The translations under genes were made by a program, and so were the position numbers. A DNA stretch of 64,000 nucleotides from Ptychomitrium polyphyllum (lineage: Eukaryota): the NCBI GenBank assembly GCA_973851085.1, contig OZ316775.1, positions 5,146,001 to 5,210,000 on the forward strand, read 5' to 3'. Below the pieces are notes generated by a model, which saw only the letters and a program-made list of their open reading frames with translations, had not been told where the DNA came from and made no database searches. Shown piece after piece: positions 12,425-24,542 of this stretch (positions within the stretch are counted from its first letter, which is position 1; each line of letters opens with the position of its first letter).

Positions 12425-12988
12425 TGTTAGGGACACAAGAAACAAGAAGTAGAAACAAAGTGTTTCCCAAGAATTAGCTTCCAAAGAGCTATTGATTAAC
12501 AAGAACTTGATACAAAGACTAGAACAAGGCAGGATTCAAGAAGATTCACAACTTGTGTTGGCAAGACTAAGGAATACCTTGTCTTGCGTCCTATTTATAC
12601 TATGACGTTTGTATTCCCTGAGATACTTCTAAAGAAGCTTCATACAAGGCATAAAAATGTTTTGGAAGTCTAGGAAATCTTCTCAAGAAGTTTCTTAATA
12701 TGTTGGAACCTTTCTAAGAAGCTTCCAAGGAGTTAGAATTTTGCTTGAAAGTTTCTTAAGGTGATGGAATCTGCCTAGGAAGTTTCCTTAGAAATCACGT
12801 AAGATTATAGAACCTTCCTAGGAAGTTTCTTAGGATGTTTTCAAAGGTGGAAGAACTTTTCTAGAATGTTTCTTAAAAACATGGAAAGGCTATGGAGACA
12901 TTTAAAAGTATTCTAAGAAGCTATTATAATATTTTAGAAGGTTTTAGAATGTTCTAAGGACTATGTTGAATGATCTATGTCCGTGACC
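12425..12988 (-). repeat. 5' LTR (564 bp)
   Basis: Homologous to 6394-7038, with about 13 substitutions in the first ~175 bp compared by eye and fewer U3 tandem units. TATAAATA (minus) at 12592-12599. Confidence 0.92.
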
Positions 12989-14469
12989 TTATGCTTAGAG
13001 ATGGTAGGTGGCGCCAGCTGGTAATTTCTAGCCTAGATTTATTAGCAGTGCCAAGCTACATGGCCATTGTGCCGCTCAAACATATCTAATGGATTAAAAC
13101 CTGGATCGGTACTATGGCACTTGAAGCACTTTACTAGCTGAGCTTCTGCAACTTGGCAGTTGATTTTGAAAGCCTAAGTATTTTATATTTGCCTCTTATT
13201 GTCTTGTGGTTTATTTATAATATAAAAAAGATGGTTTTTATCTTAATAGTAAATTGATAATGACCTTAGCTTTATAAAATTGCCTATTAGAGTATTAGTG
13301 GTTCATAGAAGCCTTGTTATATTTGTTTAAGTTTTGTTATTGAAGATAGTAGTTGTAAAATAATTTGAAAAGGAGTTCAGAAAGGGCATTTGTATTGAAG
13401 GTTCAATTTCTTTGATTCCTTGGCCGTCCTATGTGGTTGAATAAGGCAAGTGGGTGGCGGACTCCATGCTCATTAGTTGAAAATTATGCCTAATAAGCTC
13501 CAAGGTACTGTCTGAGACCTTATCAGGGTTTGAAACTACTTTAGGGAGGATTATAAAAGTTGTAAGGTGAGTGCTTGATAGGGTGTGTGAAGGAATACAA
13601 TTTTTGTGCAAAAATCAAGAGGCTTGGAGTAGTTATGAGGGAAAAATGAGCGTTTGAATTTAGGGTCATAAATTTGTACGTACTCTCACGCATTTGTGAA
13701 TAAAAAGTGTCTCTTAAAAGCTTTTGGAGATCAAAGAGTGAGGTCTAAGAGCTAACTTTAGAAACTTTATTTCATGTAGAAGAATCAATCAATTCTAATT
13801 TGGAATAGAAGAACAAGGACTATTAGAAGTCAATGCTTCAAATTAGAGTTTGTAAGTGAGTTTTTTTTATGCATGTTTTGATTTGATCTATATCTTAAGT
13901 TTTTGGATGAATTTTTAGCTCAAAATTTTTAAAAGTATAGATGACAATGTCAAAAAGCTATACATAAAATTTCATAGCATTTAAATGTTGGATTACTGAA
14001 ATATGGTGGATATAGTGCACAAGTGGTAGTAAATTGACATATTTTGCACTTGTTGTAAATCAAACAATATCTAAAAATTTGTAATGAATCTACGGTCTAT
14101 TTTTTTGTGAAAGTAGCTAAAAATAGGAGTTAATATGTAATCAAGTTTAAGTATATTTGAATGATAAAATGAAGAAATTTTTGGTTTTGTAGGTCTAGAG
14201 GAATTCATGAATTGAGAGTAAAAGATTATAAGATGTCTAGACACAATTTAAGTATTTTTGAGCATCCTAGTCTTGTATATTTGATGTATTGTCCTCATAA
14301 GGACAAAATATGTACAAAACTTGTGTTTTGTAAAATTTAGAACTTATTTAAGCAAATTAGTGGCAGTTAAAAGCCCAATGCTTTTTTGAGGCAATTTTTT
14401 CTACTACAAAATCGCTCTTTATTAAGAAAGACCAAGCTCTAATATTATTATATAACAGTCTCAACAAAT

Positions 14470-14799
14470 TATTATGGACAGAGTAACTACAAGACAAGGC
14501 TTCTAAGATTCCAAGATGTGGAACAAGATATGTCCAAGGTATATTAGAGGTAAAGAGCTATAACAAGGTACAAAGACAAGACCAAAAGATCTGAGCTAAA
14601 TCACAAGAGATGTGTTGTTAAGATTGAAGATCTCTTCAGCCTTAATTCTTATATATAGTGGAAGTACAAGCCTTTGAAGCTTTTTGGGAAGCTTCTACTA
14701 TATTGCTTTGTACTTAAGCAACCTTCAATTGCTTCCATAGAAGCTTCTTAAATCTTCTAAAAATCTTTTTAGATGTTTCTAATATATATGTTTGTGACA
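14470..14799 (-). mobile_element. Solo-like LTR of the short-LTR family
   Basis: Full-length similarity to 5906-6243; ends ...TTTGTGACA. Confidence 0.75.
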
Positions 14800-15159
14800 A
14801 CTTTAGGAAACTTCCAAAGAAGATTCCAACTTCTTGGAAGCGTCTTAGGAAGATTCCAATATCTTGGAAAACTTCTTAGGGAAAGTTTTTTAGACTTTTA
14901 GAACATTCTTAAGTCTTGTAGGAAGCTTCTTTACTGGTATCCTAGGAGATTCAAGCATTATAGTTTGAGATTCAAGCATTATAGTTTGAATAAAAGACAA
15001 GACAAGGTATTCCTTAGTCTTGCCAATACAAGTTGTGCATCATCTTAAATCCTGCCTTATTCTAATCTTTGTATCAAGTTCTTGTTAATCATTAGCTCTT
15101 TGGAAGCTAATTCTTGAAAAACACTTTGTTTTTCCTTCTTGTTTCCTATATTCCTAACA
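14800..15159 (+). mobile_element. 3' portion of a long-family LTR, opposite orientation
   Basis: Reverse complement of 6394-6750: ...tagtcttgccaa...ttcttgttaatc...cctaaca. Contains a 21 bp tandem duplication (agattcaagcattatagtttg). Confidence 0.8.
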
Positions 15160-18100
15160 CTAGTTGTCTTTTCTTAATCCTAGCCTTCATATCTTTTGTG
15201 GCTTCTTTCTTGATATTCCTTTAACTACAAGCAATCTATCAAACTTACGTCCTATAGGTACTAACTTAAACTAGGATTATTTTATGGATTCCGCTTTTTT
15301 CAATATAAAGTCATCTGAAAGCACAAATTTTCACTTTGAACTTTTTTGTAGTCAATTTACTTGGCTTTTTTCTTAGAAGGCTTTGGTTTATTAGTTCCTT
15401 CCTTAATTTGAGGTTTAATTTTAAATTTCTTTTTAAAAAGAGGTTTGTGTTTGCCTTGCTCTTGAGCTTTGAAGTCCTTGCCAAATCTTGTATAGAACCT
15501 TGGTGATAGACCTTGGTATTTTCTATCACGCCAATAAAGCTTCATGCCTTAAAGCAAAATTAATATTCATCTCTATGAGCTTTCCAATTTGAGCCACCAA
15601 AGTATGGATTACCAACTTTTATTTTTTCTCCTTCTTTTGTTTTAATTTTTTTTATTCTTATTGCTTTAGATTTTTCTTGTTTAAATCTTATGATCCATTC
15701 AAACTACTATCTAAGTCTTCAAGATCACCTTTCTTTGAATTGGCCCTAAAAACTAAACCTTGAAGGTCATCTTAAAACTTGGGATGGCTCTCATCCAAAG
15801 TTTTAAACCTTTGGAATGTTTTCTCTTGCTCCACCACCCCAGTGCTTTCCGTTGCCTTTTCTTTCAAATCCTTGTTTTTTTTAACAATCTCAACTTTTGC
15901 TTTTTTTCCACTATATCTAAGAATGGATTTTCATTTTCTTTATTGGAGAATATTTGTCGTGATCCTGTATCACTTAAAGATATAGATTAATATAATTGTA
16001 TTATAATTTAGTTGAACGTGTAATATATATATATAAATATTCATAATTGATATTTTAATAATCTAATTTCAATTCTGAATATTTTGAGTGTTTAGCACAA
16101 AACGTTTTGAATAAACATGTACTCAAGTACAATGTATTATATTTTATCTTATTTTATAAAAAAATCCTTGAAATTTTGATGAAGACTATTAAAAATCGAA
16201 AAGTCTAAAATTCAATGATAAATGCATTTTTATTGTGTTTAAATATTGTACAATTGTAATATGGTTGATGTTCTATTGCTGAAATTTTGAATCAATTTTT
16301 TGCAATCATTTCTTTTGTAAATATGGTAATGTAATTTTAAGACTAAATATTGAATATATTATAAAAAAATTCATACAAAAAAGCATGTATTTTATAAATT
16401 AGATTTTGGAATAATTTATACTTTAAATAAACTTTTATTAAAATGATGGATTAGCTTTTATCATTCCATAAAAAATGAAGAATTTAGATTACACTTAATG
16501 CTTGCTAGTCATGTTTGCATAATGAGTTTGACACCTAAAATTTCCTACTTTGAACTTTCAAAGCTTTATTATACAATGTCCAATCAATTTGCTTAAAAGC
16601 CTGTCAAAATTTTATTTTCTTATAAAAAATAAAAAATAGAAAACATGCAATATATTAAAAACATTCATATTTGATTGTTTTATAGTGTCAATTATGGATA
16701 TTTCAACCTTGAAGGTGACCCATTTCAATTATAAAAGGATATCATGCATCAAAATACTTGTAACATATAAATTCTTTTATATCCTATTATACCAAATCTT
16801 AATGTCACAAGATAGAAGTGTAGTTCTTTTTTAGCCTAATACAAATGTCAAATTCAAAAGAAGTTTTTCCAACACATTCTTGGTTGCTAGCAAATTAAAT
16901 TTTTTTTAAAAACTTACATAAAAATATAATGGATTTAGATTTCTAAAAGATGAATAGTTTTCAATGATTTTTTATAAACATCATGTAGGGCCTTGATTGG
17001 ATTTATGCTAAGCAAAACATAGGCCAAGACATTCACAAATTTTTGTTGATGAAAAGTCTATTTAGAATCCTACATAATAATTGTAGATTATATTTTTCTA
17101 GATTTAAATTTTTTTATCCATAGCAATCTTAAAATGTTTCCAGATTTTTTTAAAAAAGAATGTACTTTGGACCGCAAGTATATGTGAATAAAAAAATTGA
17201 GCTTAATTAAAAAAAACCAAAACATTTAGTTTTTGATCAATTTTTACTTTCAATTTTTTTTTGAGTTGAAATTGTTTTACATTATTACGTTTATACTTTC
17301 TTCACTAGTATACATAAACAACAGAGGAGATCATTTTCTTTGAAGGTGGATCTAAACAAAGGTTCTCATATGGTTCAGTTCTCAAATTCATAAAAAAACA
17401 GCACATCAACTACATCTCTATGCACCATGCCAATGTGAAGGAGCTAGTTACCATTTCCAACTATCCACCAAAAGTTCTCAAATGTAAATATTCTCCAAGT
17501 GAAAAAGGAAAATATCAACACTGTGCAATTACAGGCTGTTTGAAACAAATCAAATAACGAACCAATTTAGTTGTTTAGGGTAGCTTTCTCTAATACCGTC
17601 ACATTGTGCATTGAGATGACCATATAACTAAAAGGAACTGAATCTTGATGGGTTGACAGGTGTGACATCTCATTCATCCCTTTCTCATATTTATTCATTT
17701 GAACACTGATCATTTGTTATTGATGGCTGCTATCCAATTTTCTCCACTTCAGCCACACTAAATTAAAGCAACAAGTGATGCCCTGCACATGAGTCAAGTT
17801 AACTTAAGTTTGGTGCATGCGCCAAATTTGGACTTCAAGTTGCTCATGTACGTTGTAGAGACGAGCAGCTCCTATTTACTGCAGAATCTCTGTACGTACA
17901 CACTCTAAGAATACCAAGCTTTCAAAAGTTGCAGAATGTTGACGATGAAATAGTGAACCAAGTACCGACCATGTTATATAACAATGGAAGTTAACTAGTG
18001 TACCAATGGATTTTCACAGACATCACACTCTCTCAAGCTTCTCCATAACCTGGCAACCTGCTAAATGTCAATCCAGTAGCTTAGAAACTACAGTCTGAGA

Positions 18101-18799
18101 TGTGAGCTGCAAACTCTCTGGACACAAACCTCAGTTTACAAGCAGAGTCAAGGTGGGAAAGGTCTACTTAAGAGAATCCTCAAAGTCTGAATTGTGAAGA
18201 AGATTCACTGTGCAAAAAATTTCAGACTAACCTGGGGATTTGTCACACGTATGATTGGCCAGACCTGTCAACCCCATTCAGGATGTAAGGTTGTCTGTTT
18301 CCAACTACACCTAATTCTACAGAATTGCTGGCAGCTCTTTTACAGAAACCGCACCTTCAAACACACAATACACTAAATTTTCTGTGCGAAGTAGGGTAAT
18401 TCCTATCCGAAAGCTGCACAATTACTTCACAACTGTAGTGGTTTAAGGCTGCCCAAACTTTCCTACCAAAGCTAGCTTCAAGGTCGTAACTGACTGGCTA
18501 TGCAACATGGTAACATCGATGGAATCAATGACATCTTGCACCTTGTACTGGTCGGTGCATCGAAACGTTCACTTGTCGATGTCTTGAAGGCTCCGTGATA
18601 ATGCTTTACATGATAGCTGGCCTGATAGCAGAGTGGTGAATTGTTCTGCGCTGACTGCAAGAGCAGGGCTTCTGTTTGAGCAAATTTCCTCATTTGCTCT
18701 TTGAATAGCGCAGTATATGTGTTTAAATCGTCGGTGAGCCAATTTGAATGCTATACAGACAGGTGCAATGTGCAGAAAAAGGGTCGAATGATTAAGAAC

Positions 18800-19117
18800 T
18801 TATATAGCCTGGAACAGAACACCGGCCGCCAAGCTGCTGATGAGAACCACGAAAGCCAAATATGAGCAACCGAGCAGAGCGATAGGGCTAGCTGAGTAAT
18901 TAATACCCCCTGCATTGCCAACTACTGCAGAACCAAGTCCTCCAAGTCCTCCAGCATCAATTCCCGTTTTCTTTTTCTTTTTCAATTCCCGGCGGACAGA
19001 CACAGCTGCATACGACGCACGCTCTTGTAAACTTCCATCACAAATCACAAGGAAAATGGCCGTAGCCATAACGAGAGCTAACAAGATGATCACGACTCTC
19101 CCGGTCGACACCATCAT
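18800..19117 (-). CDS. Small (105 aa) secreted, possibly GPI-anchored, Lys/Gly-rich peptide
   Basis: Signal peptide MMVSTGRVVIILLALVMATAIFLVICDG, then RREL-KKKKK, a Gly-rich spacer and a hydrophobic C-terminus. Single exon. Confidence 0.65.
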   Translation of the reverse strand: MMVSTGRVVIILLALVMATAIFLVICDGSLQERASYAAVSVRRELKKKKKTGIDAGGLGGLGSAVVGNAGGINYSASPIALLGCSYLAFVVLISSLAAGVLFQAI

Positions 19118-21540
19118 ACTCTGTTCTACCTTCAACAATTTCAAAACAAGAACCGCATGAAATATCATGCCAAGTTAAAGGAGGCTCCGTTAAAAACAAG
19201 CACTAGCAATGCACACTCGCGGATATTGAAAACAAATGAGATGGGTTGCCACAGCACAGTTGCGACCATATGTAGGTTGCACCTCTACCGACGCTCTCAC
19301 TCGATGTGTGGCCCACTCCGGAGCAGACGAAGTATGGGAACTAGCTCTGGAATGTTTAACTATAATACTCGTCGTCTATTTACAGGGAGGTAGATGCAGA
19401 AGTTAAGGGTTTAGTCGGAAAAGATAAGTCCAACAGTCGGCAGAAAAGGCAGAAAGAGAGACTACTTTCCTCAATTGTTTTAGGGGGAGATTACCTTCCT
19501 CAATTCCTCCAGAGTGGATTATTTTCGTTACTCATATTTTACTTTCTTAAAGAGTTTCATTGTTTTTGCAACGAAGAATTTAATATTTAATCAATGACAC
19601 AATAAGGAAAATTGAAACGTGAGTATGACATGTTCGCAGGTGCAGGGTGAATTGGTATGGTGATATGGAAGATGAAATAATGAAATCTGTAATGTTTGTA
19701 ATCAAAATACAAGAGAAATAAATTATATAATACATATGAGGATGATTGTTCAAAATGTATGGTATAGCATGTGATGAATGTGATGCATATCATAGCACAT
19801 GGGGAGTGTAATATGTGGTGTGTGGTGTGGCTTCATTAATTAATTAGTGAACTCAACTCCAAACACATTAATTTCTCTCTATGCATGCATTTATATCTCC
19901 CTATGTTTGTTGCAAGTTCCAAAACAATGAGGAAAATCAGTAACAGTTCAAGGGCCACTTAACTTCGTTGAAATGTGAAACCACTCCTTCTCAAATTGGA
20001 ATACTCAGATTGCAGTAATCAGCCCAGGGAGATTTTTTCTCAAGTTTCGCCAGGGTTACTTCTTGCAATGGAATCAATATTTGGTTAGAAGTAGAATCCG
20101 TAACATAGAAACGCATATGAGAAACTGAAAGAAGGTTCTGACGACGGTGTTGCGGTGAAGACGCTGGGGTGGACCGTCTCTTGGAGTGAGAAGAAGTCTG
20201 GCGAACAGGGCATTCGTGTCTTGGTTACTGTTAAGACACATTTCCTGAAATTTGAATCCAAATTTTCAATCAAGATTTGCTTTAAGATTTATAGAACCGA
20301 GGTTGCGACCTGGTCGTGCGCAAGGTTACTTGATGCTGTGCAACGTGGATTGACCAACTTGGCATAATACATGTCATCGAGTTGATGTGGCAGGACCAAG
20401 ATTGCATATGGTTAAATAATTGAAGAAGAATAATTGAGAAGTTAGAGAAATATCCCAATCTTGAAGCTCAGCTGTTAGCAGAGTTTGACAATTTTTGGAT
20501 GCATAAAGTTATCTTAGGTAAAAGATGAAAGATTTAGAGATTAAGTGATTCCAACTCTTTTATTGATCTTTCATGAGGATTGTCTTGTGTTTCTTTTTCA
20601 GCAATGAATCTCTCCATTAGTTTCCAAAACTAAATAAAAAGTGGTTCAATTCACTGTTCTGAAATGGGGATATGCACAGTAGTACAATTAAATTCCATAC
20701 AATAAAAATTGCACCTTCCAAATCACTTATCCTGGTTCTCGGCCAAAACTTGCGCCCAGCTATGGTACCCTCGCTACTGTAGTGTGCTTCTTGTTTGTTC
20801 TCACTGTTTTTATATTAGGGATTGGCTACGCGTAAGTTCCTACTGCTGTATAATGCACAGATATATCCTTGACATCTTAGACTGGTCTTTGAGAGTTTTG
20901 AGTCCCTCGAGTTCTGAATGTATTATTCTGACCTTGTGGGTGTCGTGAAGAAGCCGTGCACACGAAGACAAACCAGCACAACCTCAAGAAGCTATGGAGG
21001 TAAATCTTTCACAATCTCATCATGTCGTCCTCACTCTCCTCAAACTCCAAAACAGCTCAAGGGCTTAGTCTTCGTCCCTGGTTTACGCTTTCTCTCATCT
21101 GAGAAAAGGTCAATTTCCTCGTGTACTCTCTTAAATGCAAAATCAGACTTAGTTGTACTCTACGCTGCGATTGGTGGAGTAAGTTGAACAATGCATGATC
21201 AAATGACCAATTTTGCCACTCCCTACGTCATAGGTGTAGATCCACTACATTCGACTATGGACGCGTAGCACAATGCTGTGGAACTTGCCTTGACCTATTT
21301 ATGCTCACACATTACATACCAAATTGATCAGATTACAGAAAATTAATTACTCGTAAGAGCATCCATTAAACCGCGGTTCTGGGGGTATCGTAGTGTCTCA
21401 GTAAACTTTTTTGTGTAAACCAATTCACAAAAGCGTGACGAGTAATAGATCCACTCTACCTTTTTAGGACGCACACTCGCCGCAGATTGGAAGCCAGATT
21501 GTATCACAGCAGCAGGGATTGAGCTTGAACAAAAGCTAGG

Positions 21541-21897
21541 TTAACTGGCCAGTGCGGGCGGGGTCTTGACAGGATCTGATTCAGCGTCCAAGTCCCCAGC
21601 TACAGGCAGCTTCTTCTCCACATTGGGCTCCCGCTCCTCAATGTCACGATGACCCATGACAGCCTTGTTTTTGCGCTTGAATCTTCGTCTGAGGAAAATT
21701 CGCAACCTCCGGTTGGGATCCTCCTCCCGCTTCTCCGTCACAACGGCGAACACAAAGCACAACAGAATCACTCCCAGCACGATACTCAATCCGATCACGA
21801 ACCCCCACAATGTGGACGGCTGCCCCCTCCAGTGAAAAGCTTGAGCTTGTGGGGCTTGTATGTGCTGCATCTGCTGCAAAACACCAGAGCCTGCCAT
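21541..21897 (-). CDS. Small single-pass membrane protein (118 aa), weakly GLUTAMINE DUMPER-like
   Basis: One TM helix (LWGFVIGLSIVLGVILLCFVFAVV), a basic cytosolic stretch and a C-terminal LPVAGD. Good ATG context. Confidence 0.65.
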   Translation of the reverse strand: MAGSGVLQQMQHIQAPQAQAFHWRGQPSTLWGFVIGLSIVLGVILLCFVFAVVTEKREEDPNRRLRIFLRRRFKRKNKAVMGHRDIEEREPNVEKKLPVAGDLDAESDPVKTPPALAS

Positions 21898-22979
21898 TCC
21901 ATGCTTAGTTCCGATGCCAATGGATTAAGGAAGTCTTAATGAGCCCCAAGAGCAGGGGGCAGTGTCTCATTTTGATGCCTTCTGTTCACATGATTGAAGT
22001 CGGAAGTACTAAAACTGGGTTGAGGCCGAGCAGGTAAACAAGTTGCGAGGGCTAGACAGAGTAGCACAGTTGTTACAGATGGTACGAAATTGGTCCTCAT
22101 GGTGGTAGATTGCACTTGAAACGAGATTAAAGATTTAACTACTGTTCCGAAATAATATAATACAGAATCTGGCTCTTAAAGCAAGATCTCCTCAGAACAT
22201 TGCACCGAAAGCATTAATACTACTGGGGTGAATTTATGCTAAAATGTAGTGCACCCCTATCAACAGAGCTCATAAATTTGAAAATTGCTGGAGCCCCGCG
22301 TATATTAGATTCATGCCACAACTAACTTGCAATTACAATCACTAGCAAGCCGAAACGAAACTTGTAGACCGACACCACAGTTTGCAGATTCTCTCCCCGA
22401 ATCCAGTCACATTGTGGCCATGGCTTGCAAGCAGGTCAAGACTGGCGAAGAAAAGGGGAAGTCATGAGGGACATACCACACAAAAAGCAAAGGGAGCATT
22501 GGACTGTACGGAGGCTGAAAAGGAAGCATTCGAGCGCACTCGTCCTGCACAGTCTGAGAGAATCTCAGTGGGGACGCAGAGCAGCGAGAAATATGGGAGC
22601 ACGTTGAAGCATATGGGAGCGTGAGTTGTTGCAACTTGCTGGAAGGCAGGATGTAACGCTGACCAGGCGTTGGCAGGCGCTCGCTTTCCCATTTTCTCAC
22701 ATTATCGATTCAACCCTAAGGACGGACCTCCAATCAACCGTGGTGATATTTAGTCGAAGGGCATCGACACTCAAATATAGCGTCATCAGCTACTACCCAG
22801 TTTCAACAGCAGCTCGTGCCAAAATGTCGTGATTTGTTGCGACTTAGACCCCCTCCACGCTGTGTCAACGTGAAGTCTAGGAAGAACAGCGCAAGTTCTA
22901 AGAAAATAGTGTCACCAGAGTAAATTTCAAAGAGGAAGAGTCAGTCAGATGGTCAAAGAATGTTCTACGTACTGCATAT

Positions 22980-24542
22980 GCACGAACTGAATCCCACTCT
23001 CGACAGTTCAAGTCTCCCAAAATATTTGAACTACGTCGGTATTTCACCCATTTCGCACTTCCACATGTCCGCTACCTTTGCCAACATCCATCGCTTCGCC
23101 ATCGCACCATAATTCATCCAGTTTACTCATCCATCTTACTCTTAGATCCGACGTGGAGAACATCTCGACCTACCCGCGAAGCTCCCGCCAAACCCTAACA
23201 TGTAAAGGTCATGCCACGCCACGGAGGAACCAGGTCACCACTCCAGGTGACCACGGGTTAACTGGTGCTCAGGAGACTTGGATAAACTGCAGACCGAGAG
23301 ATTAGGGGCTAATGAGAGTGATTAACTGGCCGAGGCGGTCGTTTTGGGGCCCTGAGAGAGGCCGTCTCTCTTAGAGAGCCGTTGCAAACAAATCCATCGT
23401 TCCCCTTCGCCATCGCCATGCGCAGGAACCGCGCCGCGTTTGCCCTGCACGGTAAGCTCTCCCTCTGTTGCATCAGTCTGCTTCGTCACCTTCACTGCTT
23501 TCAGTTTGGTATTTGTCGCGTGCTGTTTGCTGCCGTATCCACTTCGCTGCGTCAGTTTTGCTGTCGTGAAGGAAGGTTAAGCGCTTCGGTTGTGGTGGTG
23601 GGAATAGTTGGTAAGGCGAGGAGTTGTGGAGAAGTGTATCAATTAGCCGTCTCAATGTTTTGAGGTTAGATACCAGTTTGTGGTGGAAGCTTCGAGGCTG
23701 TGAAGAATTTGAAGTGCCTGTATGGAGGTTGAAGTGGATGGAGGGGTTTGCGGGGAATATGGACCGTGACTGGCTTTGGTTAGGGTGGTTTTTGCCTGCA
23801 GGGTCGACTTCAGTTTATGAGATTCTGCTGCTGGTACAGTGGTAGTGGTGGATGTTTGGAGGTGCATGAAGGAGGAGATGATGAGTTTTTGATTTTTTTC
23901 CGGGTCGTTCGTGGATGGTAAGTGTTATTGTCAATGGATGGTTAGAGTTTTAGTGCCTTTCGAGGACTGTAGGGTGCAGAGAGAAGGCTGTTTCGGAGGG
24001 GGTGGTTGGTTCGATATGGAGGCTGCAGCATTAAGGTTGTTGACGAGAGGAGCCGTCGCTGCGAATGCTTGCACTTCGTCGCCCTCCTGAGTGCATATCC
24101 CTCTTGAGCGCAGAAAAATTATGTGCATGCTGTCTGGGAATCCAGCGGTGCACATTCCTTGCGAGAATTTGAGGGGCCGCTGCGAATTGGGACTGTGTCG
24201 TTCGCTCATGGGGGCGTATGTCATGGTTAGATATTTCGCTATTGACTGCACTACTATTCGGCACAAGATTGTATAGGTGAGCAGGAGAGATCGGGAATAA
24301 AAAGGATGCCGGAGGAAGCGGCTGCGCGGAGTTCGACCCATGGTGCATATCATTACAATGCAGGCACAAGGAACTAATGAAATTGAGGTGACAAACCTTT
24401 TCTAATTTTTGCACAATCCTTACTCGAGGAAAGGGAGGTGTTTAAGATTAGAGTAGATACGCGCAATTACGCGACGTGCAAACGTACATGACATTGAAAG
24501 GCAGTTCTAGCCAACACGGACGATTGCACTGAAACAGGCTCA
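22980..24542 (+). promoter_or_regulatory. Promoter, 5' UTR and probable 5' UTR intron of CCS52 copy 1
   Basis: Patchy inverted homology to 45390-46840. Identical 33-nt block at 23203-23235. MSA-like CCGTT at 23379-23383. Probable donor AAG|GTTAAG near 23576. Confidence 0.6.

Larger units (their letters stand above)
6394..12988 (-). mobile_element. Near full-length Ty3/gypsy chromovirus LTR retrotransposon (Tcn1/Tf1-sushi-like), inactivated by frameshifts and stops
   Basis: LTRs at 12425-12988 and 6394-7038. PPT AAAAAGGGAGGTGA abuts the 3' LTR. Domain order gag-PR-RT-RH-INT-chromodomain. No clear target-site duplication. Confidence 0.95.

Noticed and set aside
15180..15990. Lys-rich and Phe-rich ORFs
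   Set aside because: AT-rich compositional artifacts in degraded repeat DNA; family not identifiable.
22382..22832. Cluster of overlapping 60-97 aa ORFs
   Set aside because: No motif, signal peptide or consistent splice pattern that I could support.
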